Source: Chrysomallon squamiferum
Taxonomy: Eukaryota; Animalia; Mollusca
Length of the DNA stretch: 64,000 nucleotides
Assembly (NCBI GenBank): GCA_012295275.1
Contig: CM022670.1
Location: forward strand, 42,222,001-42,286,000
Direction of reading: 5' to 3'
In this document: positions 40,601-55,600 of the stretch, in pieces
How the letters are laid out: every line of letters starts with the position of its first letter
Numbering within the stretch: position 1 is the first letter of the stretch
Made by a program: the position numbers and the translations under genes
The notes under the pieces: model-generated
Told to the model about the DNA's origin: nothing
Databases searched by the model: none
The model's input: the letters and a program-made list of their open reading frames with translations, nothing else

Positions 40601-43600
40601 TTCATAAAAAAAAGAATAATAAGGTTTTGTGTTTTGAAAGTTACAAACTTTGTCTGGTCACTTTTCTAATATTTATTAGTCTGCAAGGAGATTTTAAATG
40701 GTCATGGTGTGTTTTTGTTCTGTGTCATAGACTGATGCAGTTGTTTATGTTGATGTTTGTAGCAGCTACATTCTGGCAGTATGGTGGTAGTAAAGAAACT
40801 GGAGATGTCTGGCTACTTACTGTTGTGTCTATGTTTGGTTTTGTTGTTGACCAGGCAGTGGACACATTCTCTAGTGGACATAGTCATGCCAAGAATGTCA
40901 TTGGAATTATGATAAAGGTAATTGCATTTGTATATTCTGATTACAGTTGTTCTAAAGTGTGCCTGCGTGCATGTGTATCTGTGTGTTGTGTGTTTATGTT
41001 CTGGTTCAAAGAGAAAATAAAATGCATTCTGTAGGAATTTTATATTCAGGTTAAGACAGATCTCAAAACATGTTTTTTCTAACAAATTGTGTTTTATAAA
41101 AAAAAATTAAAAATTCCTTATTCTTAATTTCAGCATCTGTTTTCAACAACTGAACTTTTTGTGAAATTTCTCGGCTTGATGTGGACAAGACACGTGAATA
41201 ACCAGACTGGACATTTGCCTCTGACCACCTCACTACAGGCGATGGCCCTAAAACTAGGTCAGACTGTGTTTGAGAAAAGTGACCACAAACAGACCACAGA
41301 TTTCATTAACAACCCAGCACCAGGTAATGTTTACTACCTGTATCTTACAGTGCAACACACCTTTTTATATTTGTTTTATTACCTGTATCTTACAAAGCAG
41401 CACACCTTTTTATATTTGTTTTGTTATTTGTATTTATTAATACAATATACCTTTTTACATTTATGTTTTACAATCTGTATTTATTAATAGTGTTTTACTA
41501 CTTGTATTTATTAGTACTATGTACTTGTTAACAGATAAATTGTGTTAGCCATGTTTGTTTAATATTATTTTTTGTGTGTGTGTTATGTTGTTGATGTATC
41601 TGAACAAGAAAAAAAAAAAAAAAATTTAATTAACATAAAATATATGTAGATTTATGTTACATGTGTGTTTGCTACACGTTTCATAACAAATACACAAGAA
41701 GTAAAAACTTACGTCAGTCTGTATGTGTTACAGTTTTGTGCAGTCTGCTGATTGCTTGTACCTGTGTCTGCCAGCCGATGAGACAGGTAGCTGTGGAGTG
41801 TTTGAAAGTGATTCTATCAAACTCAGATGTGTCAGCCACATTCCATCCACTTGTTGTCCACATTGTAAAATGTGAGCAGGAAATACTGAGTGATTCATCA
41901 TTTGTGAGTCAGGTGAGTATAGGTTTAAAAGTTGAGTTATTCACTAACTTAACTAAAATAGTTTTTTTCTTTGTCCACATCAGTTTATTTAGATATACTT
42001 TTAATCTACAGTTATTGCCTTGTTCAGAGTATTTTTATTGTAACTTAATGAATTCTGACTGGTAGAAGAGATATGAATTTTATCCTTTACATCTGAAGTT
42101 GTGACATCATCATACACATAGCTTAGTGAATGTTGTGATTGACAACTGCAGAAGAACTATCAGAACAAATGGATCCATGCAGTGATTCTCAACTACAGAA
42201 ATACAGTAATCCCCAGATTTTTCTAAACTGTGCTCATTTGCTGTTGTGTTTAGTTATAAGATAAGATCGTAAGTTGGAAGTGTATAGAATGTATTTTTCA
42301 AATTTAAAAATGTTTCTGTTTTTAACAGGTGATAGCATCGACACTGTCCTTTGACATTGAATCAGACTCTGGCTTGCAGTCTCCGAAACAAAAACGTCGC
42401 CGGTCACAACATCAGAGCTCCAAGTCAGTGATGCTGAGCAATTTTCTTGACATTGCTCTTGATTCAAGAACACCAGCCTTTGTAGCAAACTCTGTGATTG
42501 GTTTAACACAACACATTAACACCACAGTAAGTGATCTCCTGAGTTAAAAATTAGTGTCATTTAATATTGTCATGTTTTTATTATCTCATCTTCTGATTTA
42601 TACAGATATTTATTAAAAGAAATTATTTTTATCTACAGGAAAGTTTTATGCAGTTGCTGCCCCTGATTGAGCAATATTCAGAAAAACTGTTTTCTCAAGA
42701 ACTGTCTGTGTGTGAAGCTGGCAGTCTGGAGATATTGTTACACAAATATACACCACAAATCACAAGATGCCTTCAAGAAAATAGTCCTGGGCTAAAGGCT
42801 CTCACTTGGGCCATGAAGTGTGACAAAAACCTTGAAAATAAAACCACAGTTCAGAAAACAGTTCTACCGTTGGTGAGTTACACACACATTGTTTTATTAC
42901 ACTGAAAATAGCTGAGGAATAATTGATCAGTAGTTATGTATATATTTATATATATGTTGATATAAGTTGTTAGCATAAGCTTTGATGAAACACTAATTAA
43001 CTGATATAAAAATTAAGTTTAATTTAAGAAAAAAATAAGTTTTTCAGTTGTAAACCAGTTTGTATACTTTACTTCTGTACATTTATGTACCTTTACATTC
43101 TGGCACTTTGTTCAGTTAAAACATTTTACATACAGTTAACTGCACAGTATCTGATCATCATCATTAGAGTTTGTCACACCCATTTTGTCAAAATAATCTC
43201 AAAATTCAGGAGCCATATCTCCCAAACCCAAGCCTAAAATTTTGGATTTGGTGCTGTGGGATCCCAATCAACAAGTACACCATGTTTCATCAAAATCTGA
43301 GACTGTCGGGTTTAAAATTAGTTTTTTGGGGGTGATTTGATATGGAATGACCCATGTGTGTTTGTGTGTGTGGAGACACAAAGAAAGGTAACTCTGTATG
43401 TAGCTGTTTTACTGGGTCAGTAAAGTGTTTAACTGTCTGCAGATCACACCTGAATTCTACAACACGCTGCCAACGTCAGACTGTCGGCGTCAGATTCTGT
43501 CCTGTCTGTTTGATGTCATCATGGAAACAGAGAACCCTGATGTGACAGCCATTGTGAAGAAAGTTATCAAACATGTAAATATTTTTTTTAAATTATAAAA

Positions 43601-46600
43601 TTTAAATATTTGTAATATCAATTTTATTTTTAAAATGATCAAGAGTGAAAAGTTTAACATTAAGAAAACAAAATAAAATTTAGCAGTTTTCATACACATC
43701 ATAAATGTGACATTTGGTACCAGGTAATGTTCAGATAAGTTTTTTGTGACTTTGCTCTTTAATACATTAAAATATTGTTTCTTCTTCTTAATTTTTTAAT
43801 CGAAAGTCATATTAAGGCATTAGTTTCAAAATTTCTACATATAAATTATTGTCATCATCAGATATTTTTAATGTGACAGTTGTCAAAGTTGTGTATGTTG
43901 ATATATTTTCAGCTGACACTCAACACTGTTCACGTGATATCTGAACTCAACGTTGTGTTGTCACTTAGTTCCCCTACAACTGTCAGAGAGTCAAAGAAAA
44001 AACGGTTTCTGTTTTTTATTTTTCAATCTAACTTTTATAAACTTTCTCTTTTTTTATCTTTCTTTTTCATTCTGACTTTGATCATTTTTTATTTTTTTCT
44101 TCTTTTTTTTTTCTTTCTAACTTTCATAAACTTTCTCTTTTTTTATCTTTCTTTTTTCATTAAGACTTTGATAACTTTATTTATTTATTTACTTTTAATC
44201 TTTTCTGTTTTATGCTTTTTCATAAAGTGTTTTCATCTTCAGAAAAATCTGAGAGATAAAATTTAAAGATTTCTAAAATTCTTCCACAGTTTTGTTTATT
44301 TATTTAAACAGAATCTGTAACAAGAGAAAATTAAGTAATATTTATCTGTGTGTGTATTTTACTAATCTGTGTGTTTCAGTCAAACTTACCCACAAGAGGA
44401 AGTAAGTGAGTTCGATTCTCCATGCTGGCAGAGAGTGGTGATTGTACTAGAAGCTGTACAGGACAAAAAGAAACTGGAGAATCCAGAACTTCTCATCCCT
44501 GTGTGTTTCCAGATAATGTCACGGTCATTAATCTTTTTTTAAATTAAATCAGCTTTCCCAGTTTTGTGACTTAATTAGAACAGCCATTATTTACTTTGTG
44601 CATCAGTTGTTTCAAAATTACAGCCTTTACTTTTCAGTTAAATACAAAGAGATTTTATTACCTACAGTAATTTTGCTTTTCTTTGACAGCTCATCAACAC
44701 CTGTGTTTAAGTATTAATTTCTTTCCACAGTGTGTTTGATGAATTTATACATGATGTGTTTATTTTTGTGTTATAGGAATTTGCTTGTAATATTTAACAC
44801 GTATAAAAATGTATTTGAAAATTTAACACATAAAAATATGGTTTGTTATCTTTAACATACATAAAAATGTTTTTATAATATATATTCAACACATAAAAAT
44901 GTGTTTGTAATATTTAACATATATAAAAATGTGTTTGTTTCTGTGATTCAGAGTGCTGGAACTTGATGAACACCTGACAGCAGAATACACAAAGCAGTTG
45001 CTGTTGACATTGCTGTACAATGTGTGTAACTCTCTTTCCACAGACAACAAACAAAGTGAGATTTTAGAATTTTATTACTATCTGTACTAGAAACACAGTA
45101 TTGGTCACACATACCTGTACTAGAAACACAGCATTAGTCACACATACCTGTACTAGAAACACAGCATTAGTCACACATATCTGTACTAGAAACACAGCAT
45201 TAGTCACACATATCTGTACTAGAAACACAGCATTAGTCACACATACCTGTACTAGAAACACAGCATTAGTCACACATATCTGTACTAGAAACACAGCATT
45301 AGTGACACATACCTGTACTAGAAACAGTATTAGTCACACATACCTGTACTAGAAACCCAGCATTAGTCACACATACCTGTACTAGAAACACAGCATTAGT
45401 CACACATACCTGTACTAGAAACACAGCAGTGACACATACCTGTACTAGAAACAGTATTAGTCACACATACCTGTACTAGAAACACAGCATTAGTCACACA
45501 TACCTGTACTAGAAACACAGCAGTGACACATACCTGTACTAGAAACAGTATTAGTCACACATACCTGTACTAGAAACACAGCAGTGACACATACCTGTAC
45601 TAGAAACACAGCATTAGAAAACACAGCAGTGACATTAGTCACACATACCTGTTCTAGAAACACAGCAGTGACACATATACCTGTACTAGAAACACAGCAT
45701 TAGTCACACATACCTGTACTAGAAACAGTATTAGTCACACATACCTGTACTAGAAACACAGCAGTGACACATACCTGTACTAGAAACACAGCAGTGAAAC
45801 ATATCTGTACTAGAAACAGTATTAGTCACACATACCTGTACTAGAAACACAGCATTAGTCACACATACCTGTACTAGAAACACAGCAGTGACACATACCT
45901 GTACTAGAAACAGTATTAGTCACACATACCTGTCCTAGAAACAGTATTAATCACACATACGTGTACTAGAAACACAGCATTAGTCACACATACCTGTACT
46001 AGAAACACAGCATTAGTCACACATATCTGTACTAGAAACACAGCATTAGTCACACATATCTGTACTAGAAACACAGCATTAGTCACACATACCTGTACTA
46101 GAAACACAGCATTAGTCACACATACCTGTACTAGAAACAGTATTAGTCACACATATCTGTACTAGAAACACAGCATTAGTCACACATACCTGTACTAGAA
46201 ACACAGCATTAGTCACACATACCTGTACTAGAAACACAGCAGTGACACATACCTGTACTAGAAACAGTATTAGTCACACATACCTGTACTAGAAACCCAG
46301 CATTAGTCACACATACCTGTACTAGAAACACAGCATTAGTCACACATACCTGTACTAGAAACACAGCAGTGACACATACCTGTACTAGAAACACAGCATT
46401 AGTCACACATACCTGTACTAGAAACACAGCAGTGACACATACCTGTACTAGAAACAGTATTAGTCACACATACCTGTACTAGAAACACAGCAGTGACACA
46501 TACCTGTACTAGAAACACAGCATTAGTCACACATACCTGTTCTAGAAACACAGCAGTGACACATATACCTGTACTAGAAACACAGCATTAGTCACACATA

Positions 46601-49600
46601 TCTGTACTAGAAACAGTATTAGTCACACATACCTGTACTAGAAACACAGCATTAGTCACATACCTATTCTAGAAACACAGCAGTGACACATACCTGTTCT
46701 AGAAACACAGCAGTGACGCATACCTGTACTAGAAACACAGCAGTGACACATATACCTGTACTAGAAACAGTATTAGTCACACATACCTGTTCTAGAAACA
46801 CAGCATTAGTCGCACATACCTGTACTAGAAACAGTATTAGTCACACATACCTGTACTAGAAACACAGCAGTGACACATACCTGTACTAGAAACACAGCAG
46901 TGAAACATACCTGTACTAGAAGCAGTATTAGTCACACATACCTGTACTAGAAACACAGCATTAGTCACACATACCTGTACTAGAAACACAGCATTAGTCA
47001 CACATACCTGTACTAGAAACACAGCAGTGACACATACCTGTACTAGAAACAGTATTAGTCACACATACCTGTACTAGAAACAGTATTAGTCACACATACG
47101 TGTACTAGAAACACAGCATTAGACACACATACCTGTTCTAGAAACACAGTATCTCTCACACATCTGTTCTAGAAACACGGTATCTGTCACACATCTGTTC
47201 TAGAAACAAGGTATCTGTCACACATCTGTTCTAGAAACACGGTATCTGTCGCACATCTGTTCTAGAAACACGGTATCTGTCGCACATCTGTTCTAGAAAC
47301 ACGGTATCTGTCACACATCTCTTCTAGAAACACAGTATCTGTCACAGATCTCTGTTCTAGAAACACAGTATCTGTCATACATCTGTTCTAGAAACAAAGT
47401 CACACATCTCTTCTAGAAACAGAAAGTCACACATATCTGTCCTAGAAACACAGAAAGTCACACATATCTGTCCTAGAAACACAGAAAGTCACACATATTT
47501 GTTCTAGAAACACAGTATTAGTCACACATATGGAAACACAGTTTTCAGTACAATTTCTGTATTTGCAGTGAAGATTCCAAGTGAGCAGTTTAACATGGAG
47601 TTAATAGTTCAGTGCATCCGTACATCTGACAATCCACAAACTCACCACCAGGCTCTCCTGCTGCTCACAGTGGCTGCTCACATTTGTCCTGTAAGATATT
47701 TTAACAATTGTTAAATTGCTGTCTGTGCAGTCTCATTTTACGTGTTGGATGTTTTTGTAAGATATGTATGTGTTCACAGAAAACAGGCATTTCTTTTGCT
47801 TTTTTCCTCTGTATAACTTGTTTACAATACTGAAGAAACTTATAATTATTTGCAGTAATTATTTTCTAGTAAATATGTTTCTCTTATTTTAAAAAACGTA
47901 TTGGATTATTTATAGAACTGTTCTTTGTGGGGTTTTGTGAATTGTATTTAAGTAATTTTCTACAACTTCTTTTGTTTTATTATAAAAGAAAGGTAGTGTT
48001 TGATTGACCTGTTTTTTTTTTTTTTTTTTTTTCCAGGAACTGTTGTTACACAACATTATGTCTGTGTTCACATTTATGGGAACAAACATTCTGAGACAGG
48101 ATGACAGTTACAGCTTTCACGTCATTTCCAGAATTCTAGAAACAGTCATTCCTGCCCTGGCTGCTGTGAGTTCAGTTCACGTCACTGTAAATGTTAATTA
48201 CATATAGCACATTACAACAAATATATTAAATATATTTATCTAATACTATAATTATATATTGTATTTATATTAATATACAGTAATACTATAATACATATTA
48301 CATTTATATATATACTAATACTGTAATTATATATTATATATATGCTGTTATAAATTTTCGTTACATTTATATTATAATTTATACATACAGTAATCCTGAA
48401 GTTAGATATTGCAGCATCTACATTGTAACTGAAATTTCATATCACAATACTTATTCACTAAAACTATAATTTCACATTACAATATTATATCCACTAGAAC
48501 AAAAATTTCATGTTACAATACTACATACACTAAAACTATAATTTCATATTACAATACTGTATACACTAAAACTATAATTTCATATTACAATACTGTATAT
48601 ACTAAAACTATAAATTCATATTACTATACTGTATACACTAAAACTATAAATTCATATTACAATACTGTATACACTAAAACTATAAATTCATATTACAATA
48701 CTGTATACACTAAAACTATAAATTCATATTACAATACTGTATACACTAAAACTATAAATTCATATTACAATACTGTATACACTAAAACTATAAATTCATA
48801 TTACAATACTGTATACACTAAAAGTATAAATTCATATTACTATACTGTATACACTAAAACTATAAATTAATTATGATTCAGGCCTGTGAAGCAAGAGCTA
48901 AGTTGTCTTCTGAAGTCAGCAGCACTGATGTAGTCATGACGTCTGTTCTGCGGGTGTTTGCCTCTGCACTGCCACACATACCTGAACATCGCAAAATTGT
49001 CATATTTACAAAACTGGTTTCAGTTGTTGGAGAGAAACACTTCCTTTGGCAATTCCTCCTGCTTGTGTTGGAGCACCACATCACATCAGCAGTGGAGAAG
49101 AAACGTGATGAAGAAAGTGATGTCACAGAGAGAAAGGTAGATACACATGGGTGAACTGATTTGCTGTGTTTGATGCAGAGTTTGATAAATGAGATTAAGA
49201 TAAATGTTGTTGTTTTTGTGTAGAAATTGATAAATCATATTAAGAAATGTAGTGAGCAAAGACATTTAATTAAATTTTATAACTCATGTTACAATTAAAT
49301 AGTTAAATGTTGTTTGATACAGTTCAGTTTGATAAATCACATTAAAATAAATGTGGTGAGTAAATGCATTTAATTAAATGTGTAATTAAACACTTAAATG
49401 CTGTTGTAGGAAAGTAGCCCAGTGTCTGCACAGATTCTCAACTTCCTCACACAACTAGCGACATCGTTCACACCATCCATGGTGCTTTACACAGCAAAGT
49501 CGGCCATCGCTTACATCGGCAGTCTGCCTGAGGACAAACCCAGTGACGCTGTACTTAGACAGAGAACAACTGCAAAACAACTGCAAGCTGTCAGCAAGGA

Positions 49601-52600
49601 TGATGTTGAGATCTTCAGTTACACATTTCACACAGCCAAACAGATGAGACATTTCAAATACTGTGTGATACACCTGTTTATACACCTGTTTTCCAGTAAA
49701 CAGTTCATTGCACAGGTAAACATTGTTATACACCTGTTTTCCAGTAAACAGTTCATTGCACAGGTAAACATTGTTATACACAGTTTTCCAGTAAACAGTT
49801 CATTGCACAGGTAAACATTGTTATACACTGTTTTACAGTAAACAGTTCATTGCACAGGTAAACATTGTTATACACAGTTTTCCAGTAAACAGTTCATTGC
49901 ACAGGTAAACATTGTTATACACCTGTTTTCCGGTAAACAGTTCATTGCACAGGTAAACATTGTTATACACTGTTTTACAGTAAACAGTTCAATGCACAGG
50001 TAAACATTGTTATACACAGTTATACAGTAAACAGTTCATTGTACATGTAAACATTGTTAAACAGTAATTGCTATAACATTAATTATGAAGGTAAAACTAT
50101 GTAAACATTAAGATATATTTTTGAGTTGAGTTTTTGTAAATATCTGATGCTATATTACAAAGTGAAATTACAAGTTATAAACATTTTTGTTTACAGGTTT
50201 CAGTTGCAGATGAAGCAAGTTTGTTAAAGAATTTTCAGAAGTTTTTGAGTGAATTGTTGCAGTACATAGCAACAAGCAGCAAGCTGGCAGACAAACACAA
50301 CAACAGTCCCATGTCCAAGTACTGGAGAGCACTGCTTCATAAAACATATGAATTGTTAGACAAGGTAGATAACTCTGTTTCACAGTGTATCAGCACAATC
50401 ACATGGTGTAATAATGATTCACGATCTGTTAGACAGAAATTGTACTTTAAAAATACTTCCGTACAGGACACACTTTTCTTGTTTTTGTTTTTTTTAATTA
50501 TTTCTTTTATTTTTTTCTCTTTTGTTTCTATTTTTATTTCTTTTTTATGCAAAGGCTGTATCCATTTCTATAATTAAAATAATTTGTATTTCTTACCAGT
50601 TATACAGCTAGTTAAAAACTTCATTTGTCAGCTCACAACAGTCGGTTACTGTTTTCTTTAATTATTTGTTAAGCTTTTGAATTCAGACCAACTGTGTTGT
50701 CAGTAGAGAAGTCAACACATTCAGATATTTAGTGTGGCTGAATGCAAGCTGTGTGAAAACAAACGTGTCCAGTGAAGTAAACACAGACTGATGTTATCTG
50801 CTGAAAACAAAATTAAACAGTCCTGTTAAGAGTTAGGCTTTTGTTCAGTTTAAGGGTTTGAGTGCTTAACAAGAACACACAGTCAGTGATGAAATTATTC
50901 ATAGTTTTGTTCAAATAATGCTTACTCTGAAAAAAAAAGAAAAGAAAAAAGAATGGGTCAACAAAACTAGGGAAAGTTTGATCTTTATTATCACTCAACA
51001 TTGTATAAAATACTTGCATTTTGTTTACATCAGACCTTTCTATTTTTTAAACTTAAATTTCATACCTCTGTGTTTCACGTACAAAAATCAACTAAATTGC
51101 TTTCAACAATAATCCTCTAATTTTAGGTGAAAATTATTATTAACATAACATTGATATGGAGATGTTTTTTAACCCAAAGTTTCAGGGTGTGGATGATATC
51201 AGAACCAGAAATTTTTCAGGTGGGACAAAAAGGTGTATGATGTATGAGTGATTAGAAAACACACAGTATGTAACACACTGATGTTCTGTTGTTGCAGGTT
51301 GTATCACTGCTGCCAGACCCTATTTTCCTGAATGTTGTGTCTGGTTTACTGGATCACACACTCTCAACTGTGCAGTGTAAAGCAATGGAGCTACTCACAA
51401 ACAAACTGCAGCACATGAAACTACAGACAACAGACAAACAGGTTTTTTTACTGACAAATACTTAATTTAGTTTTTCTGTTCCTTATTTAATAAAAATCAT
51501 GACAACTGAATGTATTTTCATTTAAAGTTTTTTTTTTATTATTGTTATTACTATTATTATTACTATTATTATTATTATTATTATTTTTATTGCTCTTGTT
51601 CTTATTTATGATAATGGGTTGTTTTTTGTTTTTTTGTTGTCTTCTGGAATTTCATATTTCTTTTTATTTGTTTATTTATTTTGCATTTATTAATATATTT
51701 ATTTTTTTCTGTACAATTTGCTCAAAAGTTTCATAAACTCCATTGCTATTAGTTTTAGTTTCAGTTCAGTTTAACCATTCCTTTCACTGGTCAGTCAAAT
51801 GATATATGTTTTCTGTTGTTGTTGTAGTTGTTGCCTGTGGTTGATCAGTTGATGTCAATTGTCAAAACAATGATGCGCAAGTCAGATGAAGAAGCAACAA
51901 AATCGGGTACAGTTGCACTGTACACTCTCAATGTTCTGTGTAGACTGCTTGGAGAGTCAAACCCAGACCTGTTTATCCAGGTATGTTGTTTACACAGGTA
52001 ATTACTTAAAACAAGTGTATTGCATATTCAGGTAATTGCAATGTTTTATAACATAAACAGTGTGTTATGTGTGGACAGTGGTGTATAATGTCTTATAATA
52101 ACAGTAATGTGTCAGATAATGTGGACAGTGGTGTATAATGTGTTGTAATGTGTCAGATAATATGGACAGGGTGTTATAATAACATGAGCAATATTATATA
52201 ATTGGAACAATGTGTAATTTAATGTGGACAATGTTATATAACTGGAAAAATGAATAATAATAATCTAAACAGTGTTAAATAATGTTAACAATCTGTTGTG
52301 TTAAGGTGTTGACACACACAACAAAGGTGTTGAGAGTGTGTAAAGACAACAACGTACTTGCCTGTGCGCTGCTGTGTATTGCTGAGATCTGCAGCAGTCT
52401 TAAAGTTCACGTCATCCAGCACCTCAACACATTCATGCCTAAAGTGCTCAAAATCATGAACAGTGAGCAACTCATCAGGTGAGTCAAACTAGGAAAAAGA
52501 TATGAGTTAAAATAATCAATAATACTTTGTGAGTAAAACAAAATTTGTTTGAGTAACATTATTAGTAATGTGAGTGAAACATTAAATAACATATAAAGCA

Positions 52601-55600
52601 ATGACTGAAATAATATTAATTGTTATTATTGTAGAAATGATATAATATTTATGTTTTTGTTGTAGAAATGATGTGATATTGATCTGTTTGTTGTAGAAAT
52701 GATATGAAATTGATCTGTTTGTTGTAGAAATGATGTGATTATTGATTTGTTTGTTGTAGAAATGATGTGATATTGATTTGTTTGTTGTAGAAAGATGTGA
52801 TATTGATATGTTTGTTGTAGAAATGATGTGATATTGATTTGTTGTAGAAAGATGTGATATTGATTTGTTTGTTGTAGAAAGATGTGATATTGATCTGTTT
52901 GTTGTAGAAAGATGTGATATTGATTTGTTTGTTATAGAAATGATATGAAATTGATCTGTTTGTTGTAGAAATGATGTGATTATTGATTTGTTTGTTGTAG
53001 AAATGATGTGATATTGATTTGTTTGTTGTAGAAAGATGTGATATTGATATGTTTGTTGTAGAAATGATGTGATATTGATTTGTTGTAGAAAGATGTGATA
53101 TTGATATGTTTGTTGTAGAAATGATGTGATATTGATTTGTTGTAGAAAGATGTGATATTGATTTGTTGTAGAAAGATGTGATATTGATCTGTTTGTTGTA
53201 GAAAGATGTGATATTGATTTGTTTGTTATAGAAATGATATGAAATTGATCTGTTTGTTGTAGAAATGATATATTGATTTGTTGTAGAAATGATGTGATTA
53301 TTGATTTGTTTGTTGTAGAAATGATGTGATATTGATTTGTTGTAGAAATGATGTGATACTGATTTGTTTGTTGTAGAAATGATATATTGATTTGTTTGTT
53401 GTAGAAATGACTTATTACAGATGGGAGCAGTGACTGCAGTTCATCGTATTGTAGAAAGTCTGCCACACTTCATCAGTCCTTACTTGCTAGAAATCACAAA
53501 ACAGGTAATTACGGGATGTTTTTTAAATAAAACTGACTCTGTTTATGTCAAGGTCACAATAACTGTATCAGTTTGATAAATACAGTTTAGTTTGAGTAAG
53601 AGTTTACAGTCTGCTGGCATCAAGTAGCTTATCATTTGCTGATGTTGAAAATAAATAACACAGTTCCTTGTGATGTCAGTTGATAATGTTTAGTTCAAGC
53701 CTGACATGTCTGAAATGTAACAGATATATGTGTGTGTAACATGTATATCTGTGTAAGAGAGGTATGTGTATGTGTGTAACAGATTTATATCTCTATGTGT
53801 AAGAGATGTATGTTATGTAATAGATGTACGTGGGTGTAACATGTATATCTGTGTAACAGATGTGTGTGTCTGTAACAGACGTACTTGTGTCTAAGAGATG
53901 TTGATGTTTATTTTTCAGGTTACCTGTAACCTGGTGAATGAGGGAGGAATTACACAGAAAACACAAGTACAACAAAGAGTACAGTCCATCAGGTAACATT
54001 TTTACACAGTGAATTTATTTATATTTTATCATTTCAAACTAGAATTAATTGTGTCAGTTGTTAGTTACAGGGACTGCACATACAATTGTGTATATGTGAT
54101 TTATTTTTACAATGACTATAATTGATGTGTATTTGTTCTTGCACTGACTATAGTTAAAATTGTTTATGCATGTTATTACAATGACTAGGTACAGTTGTTT
54201 TTATGTGTAATTAAAATTACTATATTTAAAATTGTTTGTGTGTGTTATTGCAGTGATTACAGTTCTTTGTGTGTGTCATTATAATGATTAAAATTGTGTG
54301 TGTTATTACAGTGATTATAGTTGTTTGTGTGTCTTATAATGATTAAACTTGTTTGTTATTTCAGATACATACTGGCTACAATTGTCTCTACTCGAGTTCT
54401 GCTACCAAACATAATATCATGTTACGAGTCTGCTGCAGAAAACATGCAGGTAATTTGAACAACAGTCATAATAACTGTAGACATGTATTTTGTATTGTGT
54501 TACCTTCGGTGTTGTTTTATTCGTAGAGGTGAATTCTTATTAACTGTGTATTATCTGCATTTGTGTATTGTTTTGTCTTACTACTGATATGTATTGTATA
54601 ATTACAATGTTTGTTGTTCAGTGCATCAATACAGATGTGTATTGTATAACTAGATTTATATTGTTACATTAATGTTTGTACTGTATTGGGTATTGTATAA
54701 TTACAGGTATGTAATGTACTGTGTATTGTTTAATTACAGGTGTGTGTTCCCAGTGTGTTGTCACTGTTAGAAGAACACATCAGGTCAATGAACAAAGAAG
54801 ACTTGTCCAGTTTTCACAGTCAGCTTCTCTCATTCTTCTTCTCTGCTCTGTCATTCCGCGAACTTCACCCAGAGGTAAACCATTTCATAACAAACTAGTT
54901 AGTTTCCTTATTAACAATATTAAACACTGACTTGTTTCTTCTGTAAACAATTTCATATCAAACTAGTTAGTTTTCTTATTTAACAATATTAAACATTGGC
55001 TTGTTTTCTCTGTAAACAATTTCATATCAAACTAGTTAAGTTTTCTTATTAACAATATTAAACACTGACTTGTTTCTTCTGTAAACAATTTCATAACAAA
55101 CTAGTTAGTTTTCTCATTAACAATATTAAACATTGGCTTTTCTCTGTAAACAATTTCATATCAAACTAGTTAGTTTTCTTATTAATAGGATTAAACCCTG
55201 ACTTGTATTGTATCAGCTACTATCAGTTTTATTAGTTTACAAAGACATAGACAGTAAATTTAATTTTCTCTGTGTTTCAGGCCAAACAGTCAGTGATCAC
55301 TGTGATTGAATCAGCAGTGATTGACACAATGATCACGATGGTGATGAAGATGTCAGAAGCTACTTTCAGGCCGATGCTGTTCAAGGTAAACACAAATACA
55401 TTAACAACACAGAAATGTGGTGATTAAAACAAATAACTTTAGCAGTTTCTTTTTAATCTAACAATTTAATTATCTTTTTATTAAAATAAATATTATTTAT
55501 TCTTGCTTATTGAAGTAGTTTGTTTGACGCAGGTTTTAAAGCTTATAAAATCTGTGAAGATAAAAAAATATATGTTTATTTTTTTCAGATTTTTGACTGG

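Noticed and set aside
45080-47545. 33-bp array as a junction-derived repeat
   Set aside because: The unit has no similarity to the flanking exons or splice sites. Together with the arrays at 14745, 25355 and 60715, it is a counter-example showing that not all arrays are junction-anchored.
52582-53466. 294-aa minus-strand ORF, and similar repetitive ORFs at 9597-9998, 14664-15197, 39236-39816, 45064-47022 and 60834-61132
   Set aside because: These are translations of intronic minisatellites. They have periodic low-complexity sequence and lie within introns of identified genes.
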